Assembly (NCBI GenBank): GCA_015523565.1
Contig: WAKA01000190.1
Span: forward strand, 1 to 28,311
DNA: 28,311 nucleotides
Direction: 5' to 3'
Source: Candidatus Heimdallarchaeota archaeon
Lineage (GTDB): Archaea > Asgardarchaeota > Heimdallarchaeia > Heimdallarchaeales > Kariarchaeaceae
The notes beneath the pieces were generated by a model. It did not search any database, was not told where the DNA came from, and was given only the letters and a program-made list of their open reading frames with translations. This document shows positions 16,752 to 27,006 of the stretch, in pieces. Within the stretch, counting starts at the first letter, position 1. Each line of letters starts with the position of its first letter. Position numbers and translations under genes: made by a program.

Positions 16752-17776
16752 TGATTGACGTATCAATTGTCGGCGGTTCTGGATTTGTGGGTGGTGAACT
16801 TTTGCGGATCCTGCTGTCTCATCCTGAAATAAATGTGAAGCAAGTTACATCGGAAAGGTATGCAGGACGGTATTTGAAAAGCGTTCATCCTCATTTACGT
16901 GGTCGTACCAACCTGAAGTTTTCAAATGCAAGTGAAATGGAATGTGTAGATTTGGTTTTTCTGGCTCTACCGCATGGTGAATCCTCTCGACGGATTGGTT
17001 ATTTTGAAGAAGTCAGTGAAAGGATTATTGATCTTTCAGCAGACTTTCGGCTTGGCAGTAATGAAGAATATGTACAATGGTATGGATTTGAACATCCACG
17101 TGAAGAGCTTTTAGATCGATTTGCTTATGGGATTGCAGAGATAAACCGAGAACAAATCAGGAATTCGCGGTTTGTTTCATCAGCAGGATGCAATGCCACT
17201 GCAAGCATCCTTTCACTTTATCCATTGGCAAAAGAGGGAATGATCTCTGATGTTTTGATTGACGCAAAAGTTGGAACTTCAGAAGGAGGACGCAAAAGTT
17301 CTGAAGCATCCCATCATCCTGTCCGAAGTGGAAGCATAAGAAGTTACAGGCCCGTTATGCATCGTCACATTGCAGAAATTGAACGTTATTTGGGACTTTC
17401 AGGGGTGAAATTCAGTTCAACTTCATTTGATTTTGTCAGGGGTGTATTGGTCACAGTTCATGCAAGTTTGACCGATAATATGAATGAAAGGGATTTATGG
17501 AGGCTTTACAGGAAATACTATTCTTCAGAGCCTTTTATAAGGTTCATTAATGACAAAAGGAGCATATTCAGGTATCCTGATCCAAAATTGGTAGCGGGAA
17601 CAAATTATTTTGATCTTGGATTTGCAGTTGATGATCATAGTGACCGGGTCGTAATTTTGGGAGCATTGGACAATTTGATGAAGGGAGCCGCGGGACAAGC
17701 AGTCCAAGCCATGAATTTAATGCTTGGGTTTGAGGAGACCATGGGACTAGAGTTTCATGGAATTTTTCCATTGTAA
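16751..17776 (+). CDS. lysY: [LysW]-aminoadipate/glutamate phosphate reductase (ArgC family)
   Basis: GGSGFVGGELLRIL, FLALPHG, IDLSADFR, AGCNATA, SHHP, DNLMKGAAGQAVQ. Confidence 0.93.
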   Translation: MIDVSIVGGSGFVGGELLRILLSHPEINVKQVTSERYAGRYLKSVHPHLRGRTNLKFSNASEMECVDLVFLALPHGESSRRIGYFEEVSERIIDLSADFRLGSNEEYVQWYGFEHPREELLDRFAYGIAEINREQIRNSRFVSSAGCNATASILSLYPLAKEGMISDVLIDAKVGTSEGGRKSSEASHHPVRSGSIRSYRPVMHRHIAEIERYLGLSGVKFSSTSFDFVRGVLVTVHASLTDNMNERDLWRLYRKYYSSEPFIRFINDKRSIFRYPDPKLVAGTNYFDLGFAVDDHSDRVVILGALDNLMKGAAGQAVQAMNLMLGFEETMGLEFHGIFPL

Positions 17777-17790
17777 AGAGGTGAAAGAGT

Positions 17791-18465
17791 ATGTGTAGAA
17801 TACTGACAGGCAAATTTAGAAGATTTGTGGAAATCAATGGCTTATTGGAAGAATTTGCCATGCAATGCCGAAACAGCGAAGAATATCAAGGGCATGGCTG
17901 GGGAATTACCTATTTTAATGGTCAGGATTGGATCACAAGAAAATGGATTGAACCTATTTGGCAATCCCTTCCAGAAGAAAAGATATTGACAAGTGTTTTT
18001 TTGGTTCATGCCAGATCCGCTTTTCGTGATGAGGGTATAAAAATAGAGAACAATATGCCATTTGAGAATGAGAGGTATGTATTTGCTTTCAATGGAGAGT
18101 TGAGGGATGTAAGACTGAAAGCAAAAGGTGAAACAGGAGCCCATAAGATATTCAACATGTATCAAAGGCATAGGGAACCAAGTCCCATGCTTAGACTGGC
18201 GAAATTGACAAATTTACTGAAAAAACGGTCTGGATATATTAAAGCAATGAATATTGCCATTCTGGATAAATTCACCCAGTTGCAGTATGTCTATTCATAT
18301 TTCAATGAAAATCCAGACTATTTCAGACTTCATCGACAAACAGGAGCAGGTTCAACAATCATAAGTTCAGTTCCATTGGTTCGCAACTGGGTTAAGGAAT
18401 TGATGAAAGATACCCAGATCACATTGAAATCAGTCATGGGAAACCAATTTCTGGAAGTAATTTAG
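17791..18465 (+). CDS. Class II glutamine amidotransferase / Ntn-hydrolase (YafJ/EgtC/Dug3-like)
   Basis: N-terminal MCR (Cys2 nucleophile), GHGWG, LVHARSA, NNMPF, FAFNG; GAGGTGA RBS. Confidence 0.88.
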   Translation: MCRILTGKFRRFVEINGLLEEFAMQCRNSEEYQGHGWGITYFNGQDWITRKWIEPIWQSLPEEKILTSVFLVHARSAFRDEGIKIENNMPFENERYVFAFNGELRDVRLKAKGETGAHKIFNMYQRHREPSPMLRLAKLTNLLKKRSGYIKAMNIAILDKFTQLQYVYSYFNENPDYFRLHRQTGAGSTIISSVPLVRNWVKELMKDTQITLKSVMGNQFLEVI

Positions 18466-18474
18466 GGTGAACAA

Positions 18475-20478
18475 ATGAGGCGAATAATAAAAATCGGCGG
18501 AGGAAGGTCAATCAATCTTGAAGGTATAGCAAGAGGGCTTTCGAAGCTTGAGGGTGAAAACATAATTGTTCTTGGAGCAAACGCCCTTCGTGATGAGTTT
18601 GCGTTTAGGCTCGGTTATAAGAAAAAAACCATTAGGTCTGTTTCAGGAGTTGAGAGTGTATTTACTGATGATGAAATGATGGACTTGATTAATTTGTCCT
18701 ATTCCGGCATAAGAAGAAACAGGTTTGTTGAAATGTGCCACACTTATGGGATAAATGCAATTGGTCTTTCAGGGATTGATGGAGGATTAATTCAAGGAAA
18801 AAAGAACAAAGGCATAAGAACGATTATCAATGGAAAGAAGAAGGTGATCAGGGATCAAAGCGGTAAACCTGTAAAAGTCAACGTAAAATTGCTTGAACAA
18901 TTATTGGTCAGCGGATACACTCCTGTGATAACGATTCCCATTTTGGGGCAGGACAATGAAATTTTGAATACAGAAAATGATCAAATTGTTTCATTGCTTC
19001 AAAGGGAAATGCTGGCTGATGAGGTAATTCATTTTATTGAAGCAAATGGGATAATTGGTGATGATGGAGGCACAATTTCCCAATTGGAAAAAGATGATCT
19101 TGAAATCCTTGTTAAAAATTCGGATGGAAGGTTTCGAAGGAAACTGATGACTTTTCAATCCATCTTGGAAAATTCTGCGGTCATTCGAGTTGTCGATGGC
19201 AGGGGTGATTGCCCAATAACTGATTTAATTGAGGGAAAAGGGACAACCTTGAATGTGCGGATGGGTACAAGAGAAAATTTGGAAAGAGTGATGACTGAAA
19301 ACATTGAAACAGAAAAATCTCTTTCAGTATTGGTCACCAATAAGAGAAATATTTCATTGGAAAGGGGCAAGGGTTTGTATGTTTGGGATTTGACTGGTCG
19401 AAAGCTTCTTGATTGCAGTGGGGGATGGGGGGTTGCGTTGGTTGGTCATTCCAATGATTCAGTTATTCAGGGACTTATTCGTCAAATGAGCCGTATAATG
19501 ATAGCGCCTATAACATTTGGGAATTCATCAAGGCTTTCATTGATGAGGAAATTGGTTGAAATTACACCTTCTAGATTAAATCGTGTATTTTTAGCTAATT
19601 CAGGAACGGAAAGCATTGAGGCGGCAATTAAATTTGCATTGCAAAGCACAGGTCGCAAAAGAATTGTATCTGCAACTAAGGCATTTCATGGACGGTCACT
19701 TGGAGCGCTATCGGTTACGCATTCCCCAAGATACAGAAATCCATTCAAGGGTTGGTTGAATGAAGAAAATGTTGATTTTATTTCATTTAACTCGCTGAAT
19801 TCATTGGAAGAGAAAATAACAGGAGAAACCGCCGCAGTGATTTTGGAACCAGTGCAAGGTGAAGGAGGAGTCAATCTTGCAAAAACGGAGTTCATAAAGG
19901 CGATACGGAAAAGATGTGATGACGTGGGGGCATTGTTGATTTTTGATGAGGTTCAGACAGGATTTGGAAGAACTGGAAGAATGTTTGCTTTTGAGTGGTA
20001 TGGCATTGAGCCTGATATTTTGTGTTTGGCTAAAGGAATTGCTGGAGGATTTCCGATGGGAGCTGTGTTGGTTAACAACAAAGTCAATATCCAACTTGGT
20101 TCCCATGGTTCAACATTTGGGGGTAATCCAATGGCTTGTGCCGCGGCACTTGCCTCCTTGAATTTCATAATTGAAAACAATCTTGTTGGGCAATCGGAAA
20201 TAATTGGAAAGTATTTCCTGAAAAAGCTTGAAGATGAAATTTTACCGTTTCCAAATGTCAGATCAGTTAGGGGGAAAGGACTCATGATTGCTGTTGAATT
20301 GAAGCGTTCAAACAAGGAACTGTCTAATTATATGCATGAAAATGGCATTATTGTGATTCCAACAGGAAGAAATGCAATCCGTTTTCTTCCCCCTCTTATA
20401 ATTGAAGAAGCAGAAATTGATTTTATTGTTTCAGTATTGAAAGAAGGGTTACAGAAAGGGATGAAATTCAAGGATTAG
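18475..20478 (+). CDS. lysZ/lysJ: Fused [LysW]-aminoadipate/glutamate kinase (LysZ) and semialdehyde aminotransferase (LysJ)
   Basis: N-terminal [24 protein letters not shown] (amino-acid kinase). C-terminal [53 protein letters not shown] (class III PLP aminotransferase). No internal stop. Confidence 0.9.
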   Translation: MRRIIKIGGGRSINLEGIARGLSKLEGENIIVLGANALRDEFAFRLGYKKKTIRSVSGVESVFTDDEMMDLINLSYSGIRRNRFVEMCHTYGINAIGLSGIDGGLIQGKKNKGIRTIINGKKKVIRDQSGKPVKVNVKLLEQLLVSGYTPVITIPILGQDNEILNTENDQIVSLLQREMLADEVIHFIEANGIIGDDGGTISQLEKDDLEILVKNSDGRFRRKLMTFQSILENSAVIRVVDGRGDCPITDLIEGKGTTLNVRMGTRENLERVMTENIETEKSLSVLVTNKRNISLERGKGLYVWDLTGRKLLDCSGGWGVALVGHSNDSVIQGLIRQMSRIMIAPITFGNSSRLSLMRKLVEITPSRLNRVFLANSGTESIEAAIKFALQSTGRKRIVSATKAFHGRSLGALSVTHSPRYRNPFKGWLNEENVDFISFNSLNSLEEKITGETAAVILEPVQGEGGVNLAKTEFIKAIRKRCDDVGALLIFDEVQTGFGRTGRMFAFEWYGIEPDILCLAKGIAGGFPMGAVLVNNKVNIQLGSHGSTFGGNPMACAAALASLNFIIENNLVGQSEIIGKYFLKKLEDEILPFPNVRSVRGKGLMIAVELKRSNKELSNYMHENGIIVIPTGRNAIRFLPPLIIEEAEIDFIVSVLKEGLQKGMKFKD

Positions 20479-20573
20479 TAAAGACAATTTCTTTAAGACA
20501 TTTTGGCTTCAAATTTTCCAATTGATGTGAAATTTATAAGGAGAACAATTCTGATATTTGTAGTGATGATTGC

Positions 20574-22535
20574 ATGACTCGGAAATTGTTGTGGAAACCT
20601 AGTGAAGAACGAATAAAAAACGCCAACATAACGAGATTCATTGAATTTGTGAATAAACGTCATGGTCTTGATCTCAAGGACTATAATGACCTACATAAAT
20701 GGTCAATATCCGAGGTCGAAAATTTTTGGAAAGCTGTTTGGGATTTTGTGGAAATTAAACATTCCAAGCCTTATGAAAAAGTTGTTGAAAATCTGCATGA
20801 CTTTCCTCCTAAAACCCAATGGTTTGTTGGAGCAGAACTTAATTTTGCAGAGAACCTTTTAAGGTATAATGATGACCATGATGCCTTTTTGTTCAAAAGG
20901 GAAGATTCAGATGTCAGAAGAATGACATATGCACAACTTCATGATGAGGTAAGAAAGATTCATTTTGGCTTGAAAAAGCTTGGAATTAAACCAGGGGACA
21001 GGGTTGTTGGATATATGCCCAATACAATAGAAACTGTGATTGCCATGCTTGCGGCGGCTTCATTAGGGGCAGTGTGGGCTTCATGCGGTGCAGAATTGGG
21101 TTCTGATGCGGCATTGGATAGATTGGGTCAAGTGGAACCCGTTGTTCTGTTTACTGCTGATGCATACATGTACAAAGGGAAAAAGTTCGATTTGTTGGGC
21201 AAAGCCAAAAAGGTGGCTGATGGTATTCCAAATCTTAAACAAATGGTGGTATTGCCATATGTGGAACAAAATCTTGAATTAAATGGAATTGATAAGGCAG
21301 TTTCTTGGAACGATTTTTCTGAGGAATCAACTGAAAAGATTGAATTTGTACAATTGCCTTTTAATCATCCCCTGTATATCATGTTCTCATCAGGAACAAC
21401 GGGCAAACCAAAATGCATGGTTCAAAGTGCTGGTGGGGTTCTGATTAACCATTTGAAGGAATTGGTTCTTCATACTGACCTAAAGAGAGATGACAAGATT
21501 CTATATATTACATCACCTTCTTGGATGATGTGGAACTGGCTTGTTTCTTCCTTGGCTGTGGGTGCAACTGTTGCATTATATGATGGCAATCCCCTTTATC
21601 CTGATTGGCGGGTTATCTTCAAGTACATTCAAGATGAGAAAATCACAATTTTCGGATGCAGTGCCAGTTATATCCATACATTGATCAAACTTGGAGCCAA
21701 TCCAGCCGAGGAATTTGACCTTTCTGCTCTCAGGGAAATTTCACAAACAGGTTCTGCTCTTTCTGAAGAGGGATTCGAATTTGTCTATTCAAAGATCAAG
21801 AAGGATCTGCACTTCAATTCGATTTCTGGTGGAACAGACATAAATGGATGCTTTGCCGCTGGCAGTCCCACCTTGCCTGTTTATATGGGTGAATTACAGG
21901 CTCTTGCACTGGGAATGAATGTAAAGGCGTATGATTATGACATGAACCCCATTTATGATGAACAGGGAGAGCTTGTCTGTGAAACTCCTTCCCCTTCAAT
22001 GCCTATCTATTTCTGGAATGACCCCAATAATGAAAAGTACAACAGGGCATATTTCGAGTTTTTCAAAGGGAAAAGGGTTTGGAGACACGGTGACTATGTA
22101 CTGATCCATAAGGATACTGGTGGTATTACATTTTATGGGAGATCTGATTCTGTTCTGAAGCCTTCTGGTGTTAGGATTGGCACTGCCGAAATTTACAATA
22201 TTGTAGAGGAAATGCCTGAAATTGTCGACAGTTTGGCAATTGGGAAGAATGTTGATGGAGATCAAATTGTTTTGCTGTTTGTCCAAATGGCAGAAGGATA
22301 TGAACTTACAGAAGAGCTGAAGAAACGGATAAAAGAAAGTCTGAAAACACGGGCATCACCACGTCATGTGCCAGCAGAGATTATTCAAGCCCCAGATATC
22401 CCATATACATTTAGCGGTAAAAAGGTGGAATCTGCTGTGACTAACATTATCAATGGGAGACCAGTGACAAATCGTGGTGCGCTTCGCAATCCTGAATCTC
22501 TTGATTTTTATGAAGAATATGCAAAGAATCATTAA
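20574..22535 (+). CDS. Acetoacetate--CoA ligase (acetoacetyl-CoA synthetase)
   Basis: LNFAENLL, MFSSGTTGKPKC, SWMMWNWL, SISGGTDI, VWRHGD, GRSD..LKPSGVRIGTAEIY, SPRHVP, SGKKVE. Confidence 0.95.
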   Translation: MTRKLLWKPSEERIKNANITRFIEFVNKRHGLDLKDYNDLHKWSISEVENFWKAVWDFVEIKHSKPYEKVVENLHDFPPKTQWFVGAELNFAENLLRYNDDHDAFLFKREDSDVRRMTYAQLHDEVRKIHFGLKKLGIKPGDRVVGYMPNTIETVIAMLAAASLGAVWASCGAELGSDAALDRLGQVEPVVLFTADAYMYKGKKFDLLGKAKKVADGIPNLKQMVVLPYVEQNLELNGIDKAVSWNDFSEESTEKIEFVQLPFNHPLYIMFSSGTTGKPKCMVQSAGGVLINHLKELVLHTDLKRDDKILYITSPSWMMWNWLVSSLAVGATVALYDGNPLYPDWRVIFKYIQDEKITIFGCSASYIHTLIKLGANPAEEFDLSALREISQTGSALSEEGFEFVYSKIKKDLHFNSISGGTDINGCFAAGSPTLPVYMGELQALALGMNVKAYDYDMNPIYDEQGELVCETPSPSMPIYFWNDPNNEKYNRAYFEFFKGKRVWRHGDYVLIHKDTGGITFYGRSDSVLKPSGVRIGTAEIYNIVEEMPEIVDSLAIGKNVDGDQIVLLFVQMAEGYELTEELKKRIKESLKTRASPRHVPAEIIQAPDIPYTFSGKKVESAVTNIINGRPVTNRGALRNPESLDFYEEYAKNH

Positions 22536-25500
22536 GAACCAAAAATTTTGTATTTAACAGTAATGGGCTGATTTTTGAAAAGGATTGTTTCTTTTCCTGT
22601 GCACATGTCAACAAAATTCCGAATTCTGGATGCATTTTTCATACTTTGCCGTTTTTTAGGGATATAATTCAAGAAATTATTTGAAGCAACCAAGATAATT
22701 TTTCCTTTTGCACGAGATGTCAATACATTGAATCTGTTCAGTTCATAAATGAATTCCTCCTCTTTCTCCAATTGGGATCTTGATGAAATTCCTATTGTTC
22801 CAATTATCAAGTCCCTGTCAGATCCTTGGAATTTTTCCACAGAGAATGTTGTATTTCTTAGTTCAGCCATCAGTTCCTCATTTTGAAGATTACTAATGTC
22901 TTTTAGGCTTTCATATATTTTTCTGACTATTAATCGTCCTTGTGCATTATGTGGTGCTACAATTCCTATTTTGGTACTCCAGAATTCCTTTTCTGATTGG
23001 ACTGAATCTGGTTCAATCATTTTGAAATAATTGGCAACAATATTTTCAGTTATGTCTGCTTCAATTTCTGAGATGGATGTATCAAATTTGGTATCATGGA
23101 CAATGGTCAACAAGATTTTTTTAGGATCCAATACTAGACTGGCAAAACTATCTGTTATATTGTTTATATTGCCTTGAATTTTGTATTCTGCGTTATTCTT
23201 ATGAACCTGTAGGTTATTATAAATCTGCAATGAACGGGTATAGTTGACAATCTCTTGGTTTGATCTGTAATTGACATTCAATTGAATAGGTATCATTCCA
23301 TGGATTTCAACAAAATATGAAAATGCACTTTTCAAGATTCCCTCCAGCTTTCGAGGTGGCAAGATTGGTTGAACAGGTGGAAGCTGGAAATGATCACCAA
23401 CTAGTACAAGTTTGGTCAGGTCGTCAAATTCTTTTGAAGTCTCAATTTCAATTGCCTGATAATCCAAAATCCTACCATTTTCCCCCAATTCACTGGTGAT
23501 TTTGATAGTAGTCTCTGCTTGTTTCAAGAACAGCAAAATACTTAGAAATTGATCGATTGGCAATTGGGAGGATTCATCGCAAATTATGTAATCAAATCCG
23601 AATCCCTTGTCAAATGGCATTTTTCCATCTATCCCGAAATACAGGTTGACAATCTGTTGGGGATTTGCAAAGATGATGAATGATTCTTTTAAATGATCAG
23701 TCAGTCTTTTCCTTTTTGTTATGACTCTTGATTTTCCATTCAATTTCCATGTCCTTCCGTCTTTCACCAGATTTATGATTCCTTCAGCAGATTCTCTTGA
23801 AGCCGATCGGACAAAAACAAGATCAATCTCCTTGTCAGCAACAATTGGTTTTAATTTTTCCAAGACAACATGCATTGCTTGATAAGAAAATGCCGTGATC
23901 AAGATTTTGACTGTTTTTTCATTGTTCACAAGAATTTCATTGACCAATGCCGCGATTGTTTGAGATTTTCCTGTTCCTGGTGGTCCTTGAATTAATGAAA
24001 AAATGGAATTCATTGCATTGATGATGGCTTGTTTTTGTGATTCATCTGGATTGGGATTGTTTTTTGACTTGATTTGCGTTATTGGCGTCAGCGGTTTGAT
24101 TTGATTCAATGCTTTTGGCTTGAAGAGGTATACTGTAGCAATGTCATTCTTGAATTCAATTTCTCCATTTGGAGGTTTCAGTGTTTTTTGTGTCAATCCC
24201 ATAATTTTCTCGAAACGATGCCCTAACCATGTTGTGCCAATATTTTTTTCATAGAGAATGCTCTTCAACTTGCTTGACCAAAAATCCCCTGAAAATGGAT
24301 AAAGGAACCATTCAGATTTGTCACCATCACTTGACATGTTTTTGTATTCCTGAATGAAGTTTTTGCTGACATAATCTGAAATTAAAACAAAAGACTTTGT
24401 CTCAGGATCCCATTCCATTGAAATTATTCTTATTTTCCATGAGTTGACGATTTGGCTATCTCTAAAGTCATAGGGAACAATCAATACAATGTCCCCCTTG
24501 GAAATTTTCATGTTTGCTGAAAGACCTTTGATCCTGATTTTGTATTGATATGAAATTCCTCCTCTGGAGCCTTCTATCTTATTAATTATGGAAATATCAT
24601 CAATTTTGGCGGCCATAAGTTTTGCAATAGAGAAAAGTGGAAACATCTGCCTATAATATGCAACTTCCAAGTTTTGTACTGTTCCAGACAATTTGGAAAA
24701 AAGATACCAGATTTTGGCAATTCCATGAAAATCCTCATCAAGATAATTAATTCTTAATGCCTTAGATTCAACAGGAATGGAATACTTGGATATCAGTTCT
24801 CTAGCCGACCTTTGAAACTGAATCCGGATGCTATTAAGTACTTCCAATTTTCGCAGTTGCTGTGATTTTATCTTTTCGATCATCCTGAATTTTTTGTCAA
24901 ATCTTTTTTCTTCCAAAGCAAAGTGCCATTTCTGAAATTCCATGTAATTGAAATGCTGTTTCCAATAGTTTGAATCAATACTCTTTGGGAATTTACTTCC
25001 AAGGTAATATTTTCCAATGTCTCTCCAAGTGTAATTCAATACAAAAGGAAATCCCATTAATGTTTCTGCAAATGCCCTTAGGTCGTAAACTTTCTTTAGT
25101 TGCAGATCATGCCTTACCTTGCTTTCTTTTGGAGTTAACCATTCCGTTACGGCTTGAAGATATTTTCTGCTATTTTTGTCAGAGAACAACATATACATGG
25201 TTCTTTCGAGAAGGGCCTCAATGCTTTCAAGAACTTCATGAGACCAATAATACGCCGCGGTTACTGGTGCTTTATGGCTTTTCCCGTAAGGGGTTTCAAT
25301 TGTTACCTGTGCCATTTCCTCTAAATAAGAAGCAAGCCTGACCAAATTGCTTAGGAACTTTAATGCGGTTTTGGCAAGGGTGATTTCATCTTCCCTGTCA
25401 AGACTTCCTGCAACATAAGAGTATCCAAAAGAAATGATTTTGCTTCCGTTTTGAAGCTCTTGGATATTTACGTCAATATTTTCATCATCACATATGCTTT

Positions 25501-26923
25501 GAAGCATAGAGGTGGCATTTTTGAAATTGTGCTTTGTAATCTTTGATTTGATGTTCTTACTTGCTGAAAGTTCATTAAGTCTTTCCAAGGATTTATCAAA
25601 TATTTCTGATTGATTTTGTTTTTCTATTTCTTTTTGTTGTTTTAATTGCATTTTTGCAATTTTGAATATTGTTTCCCATATTTCTGAAAACAACTCATAA
25701 TATTCAGTACCGCGATAAATGAAAATTGAACAATAAATGCCTATCGAATAGATAAAATCATTTATTGGATCCAAATTCGCATCAAATACAATGGAAATGT
25801 CTGAAAATTTAGGAATAGAAATTGAGACTGCTTCTTTTCTGTTTGGTTTTTGGATTTGATTGCTGAGCAATGCTTTTGTCTTAAGCTTTAGAAGGGGTAA
25901 TTCCGCATACAAGGGTCGTGGAATTTCTCCGATTTCAAAATTGGAAAGGATATCATTAGCCTTTTTTAGTGTCTTGATACCCATTTGTTTTAGCTCTTCA
26001 ATTGTTGAGTAATCCAAATATGGAATGAGATCGATTTTCCAATTGCTACGCGAACTATTGATCCCAAATGTTTCCTTGCAGTCTGGCAAATACTTGCATC
26101 TCCCACATGATGGCTGTATTTTTGTTGGAATGGTTTCAATCGTTGCGGGAAGGTTCTTTGATATTTCTGATAATGTCTCAAGTGCATTGCCATAAATTTG
26201 TGATGCTTCATCATAATTGAATCTAATGGCCGATTTTTCAAATTCTTCAATTGTAGGAGGCATTTTCATTTCAACATTCGGGACTATGCCATTTCCATTA
26301 GCCTTGACAAAAAAACGATTGTCTAGTCCATGGTCTCTCAAAAACCAAGCCAATGCATGCATGTAAAGAAGTATTTCTGCAAAATGTTTTTTGCTGACAA
26401 AATCCTCATGAGTGATCTTGATGTCCAGAATTGTTATTCCAATAGGGTTCATGACATTGGAGGGAAGATTTTCAACTTTGCCCTGCCAAGTAAATATCTT
26501 TTCATCCTCTCTCAATGGTCTAAAAATTAGTATATCTGGTCTAAACCTATCTGAATAAGATTTAGGCAAATTTCCATTAAGTAACTCTTGAATGAATTTT
26601 CTATTGACCTTGAAACTATGTTCCAATAAAACAAGACTTGGGACAAAATTTTGATTTTGAAGAAACATTGGGTTCAAAACTGTTTCTTCTATTTGATTTC
26701 CTTGCTCATTATAGAATACATTGGACAAAGGAGTAAGTAATTGATAAACTCTCCTTTCATGGTTTTTTCCATAATTGACTTTTGTTTTCTGATATTTCTG
26801 TTTAGATATCTTTCTTTCATTTGTAATCCAGTTATTGTCATCTTCACCTAACATCAAAAACAATTGGCGTTCACATTCAAAGTCTGTCCACCTAACAAGA
26901 ACTTCTTTTCCAAATTTCCCCAT
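22532..26923 (-). CDS. Dna2/TM0106-like nuclease-helicase: PD-(D/E)XK nuclease with Fe-S cysteines + SF1 (Upf1/Dna2-type) helicase
   Basis: FECERQ, FRPDIL, ILDIK, CGRCKYLPDC; QGPPGTGKS, ICDESSQ, VGDHFQLPPV, NYRS, VEKFQGSDRD, RFNVLTSRAK. Confidence 0.9.
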   Translation of the reverse strand: MGKFGKEVLVRWTDFECERQLFLMLGEDDNNWITNERKISKQKYQKTKVNYGKNHERRVYQLLTPLSNVFYNEQGNQIEETVLNPMFLQNQNFVPSLVLLEHSFKVNRKFIQELLNGNLPKSYSDRFRPDILIFRPLREDEKIFTWQGKVENLPSNVMNPIGITILDIKITHEDFVSKKHFAEILLYMHALAWFLRDHGLDNRFFVKANGNGIVPNVEMKMPPTIEEFEKSAIRFNYDEASQIYGNALETLSEISKNLPATIETIPTKIQPSCGRCKYLPDCKETFGINSSRSNWKIDLIPYLDYSTIEELKQMGIKTLKKANDILSNFEIGEIPRPLYAELPLLKLKTKALLSNQIQKPNRKEAVSISIPKFSDISIVFDANLDPINDFIYSIGIYCSIFIYRGTEYYELFSEIWETIFKIAKMQLKQQKEIEKQNQSEIFDKSLERLNELSASKNIKSKITKHNFKNATSMLQSICDDENIDVNIQELQNGSKIISFGYSYVAGSLDREDEITLAKTALKFLSNLVRLASYLEEMAQVTIETPYGKSHKAPVTAAYYWSHEVLESIEALLERTMYMLFSDKNSRKYLQAVTEWLTPKESKVRHDLQLKKVYDLRAFAETLMGFPFVLNYTWRDIGKYYLGSKFPKSIDSNYWKQHFNYMEFQKWHFALEEKRFDKKFRMIEKIKSQQLRKLEVLNSIRIQFQRSARELISKYSIPVESKALRINYLDEDFHGIAKIWYLFSKLSGTVQNLEVAYYRQMFPLFSIAKLMAAKIDDISIINKIEGSRGGISYQYKIRIKGLSANMKISKGDIVLIVPYDFRDSQIVNSWKIRIISMEWDPETKSFVLISDYVSKNFIQEYKNMSSDGDKSEWFLYPFSGDFWSSKLKSILYEKNIGTTWLGHRFEKIMGLTQKTLKPPNGEIEFKNDIATVYLFKPKALNQIKPLTPITQIKSKNNPNPDESQKQAIINAMNSIFSLIQGPPGTGKSQTIAALVNEILVNNEKTVKILITAFSYQAMHVVLEKLKPIVADKEIDLVFVRSASRESAEGIINLVKDGRTWKLNGKSRVITKRKRLTDHLKESFIIFANPQQIVNLYFGIDGKMPFDKGFGFDYIICDESSQLPIDQFLSILLFLKQAETTIKITSELGENGRILDYQAIEIETSKEFDDLTKLVLVGDHFQLPPVQPILPPRKLEGILKSAFSYFVEIHGMIPIQLNVNYRSNQEIVNYTRSLQIYNNLQVHKNNAEYKIQGNINNITDSFASLVLDPKKILLTIVHDTKFDTSISEIEADITENIVANYFKMIEPDSVQSEKEFWSTKIGIVAPHNAQGRLIVRKIYESLKDISNLQNEELMAELRNTTFSVEKFQGSDRDLIIGTIGISSRSQLEKEEEFIYELNRFNVLTSRAKGKIILVASNNFLNYIPKKRQSMKNASRIRNFVDMCTGKETILFKNQPITVKYKIFGS

Positions 26924-27006
26924 TAAGTTGAATACGGTTTATCAAACTTAACTTTTTTGCTTAACGTGAACAATACGATTTTCTGTTAACGAGCCACTAA
27001 AATAAG

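Noticed and set aside
22532-26923. Cas4/Cas3 of a CRISPR-Cas locus
   Set aside because: The helicase is SF1 (Dna2/Upf1-type), not SF2, and there are no other cas genes or array nearby.
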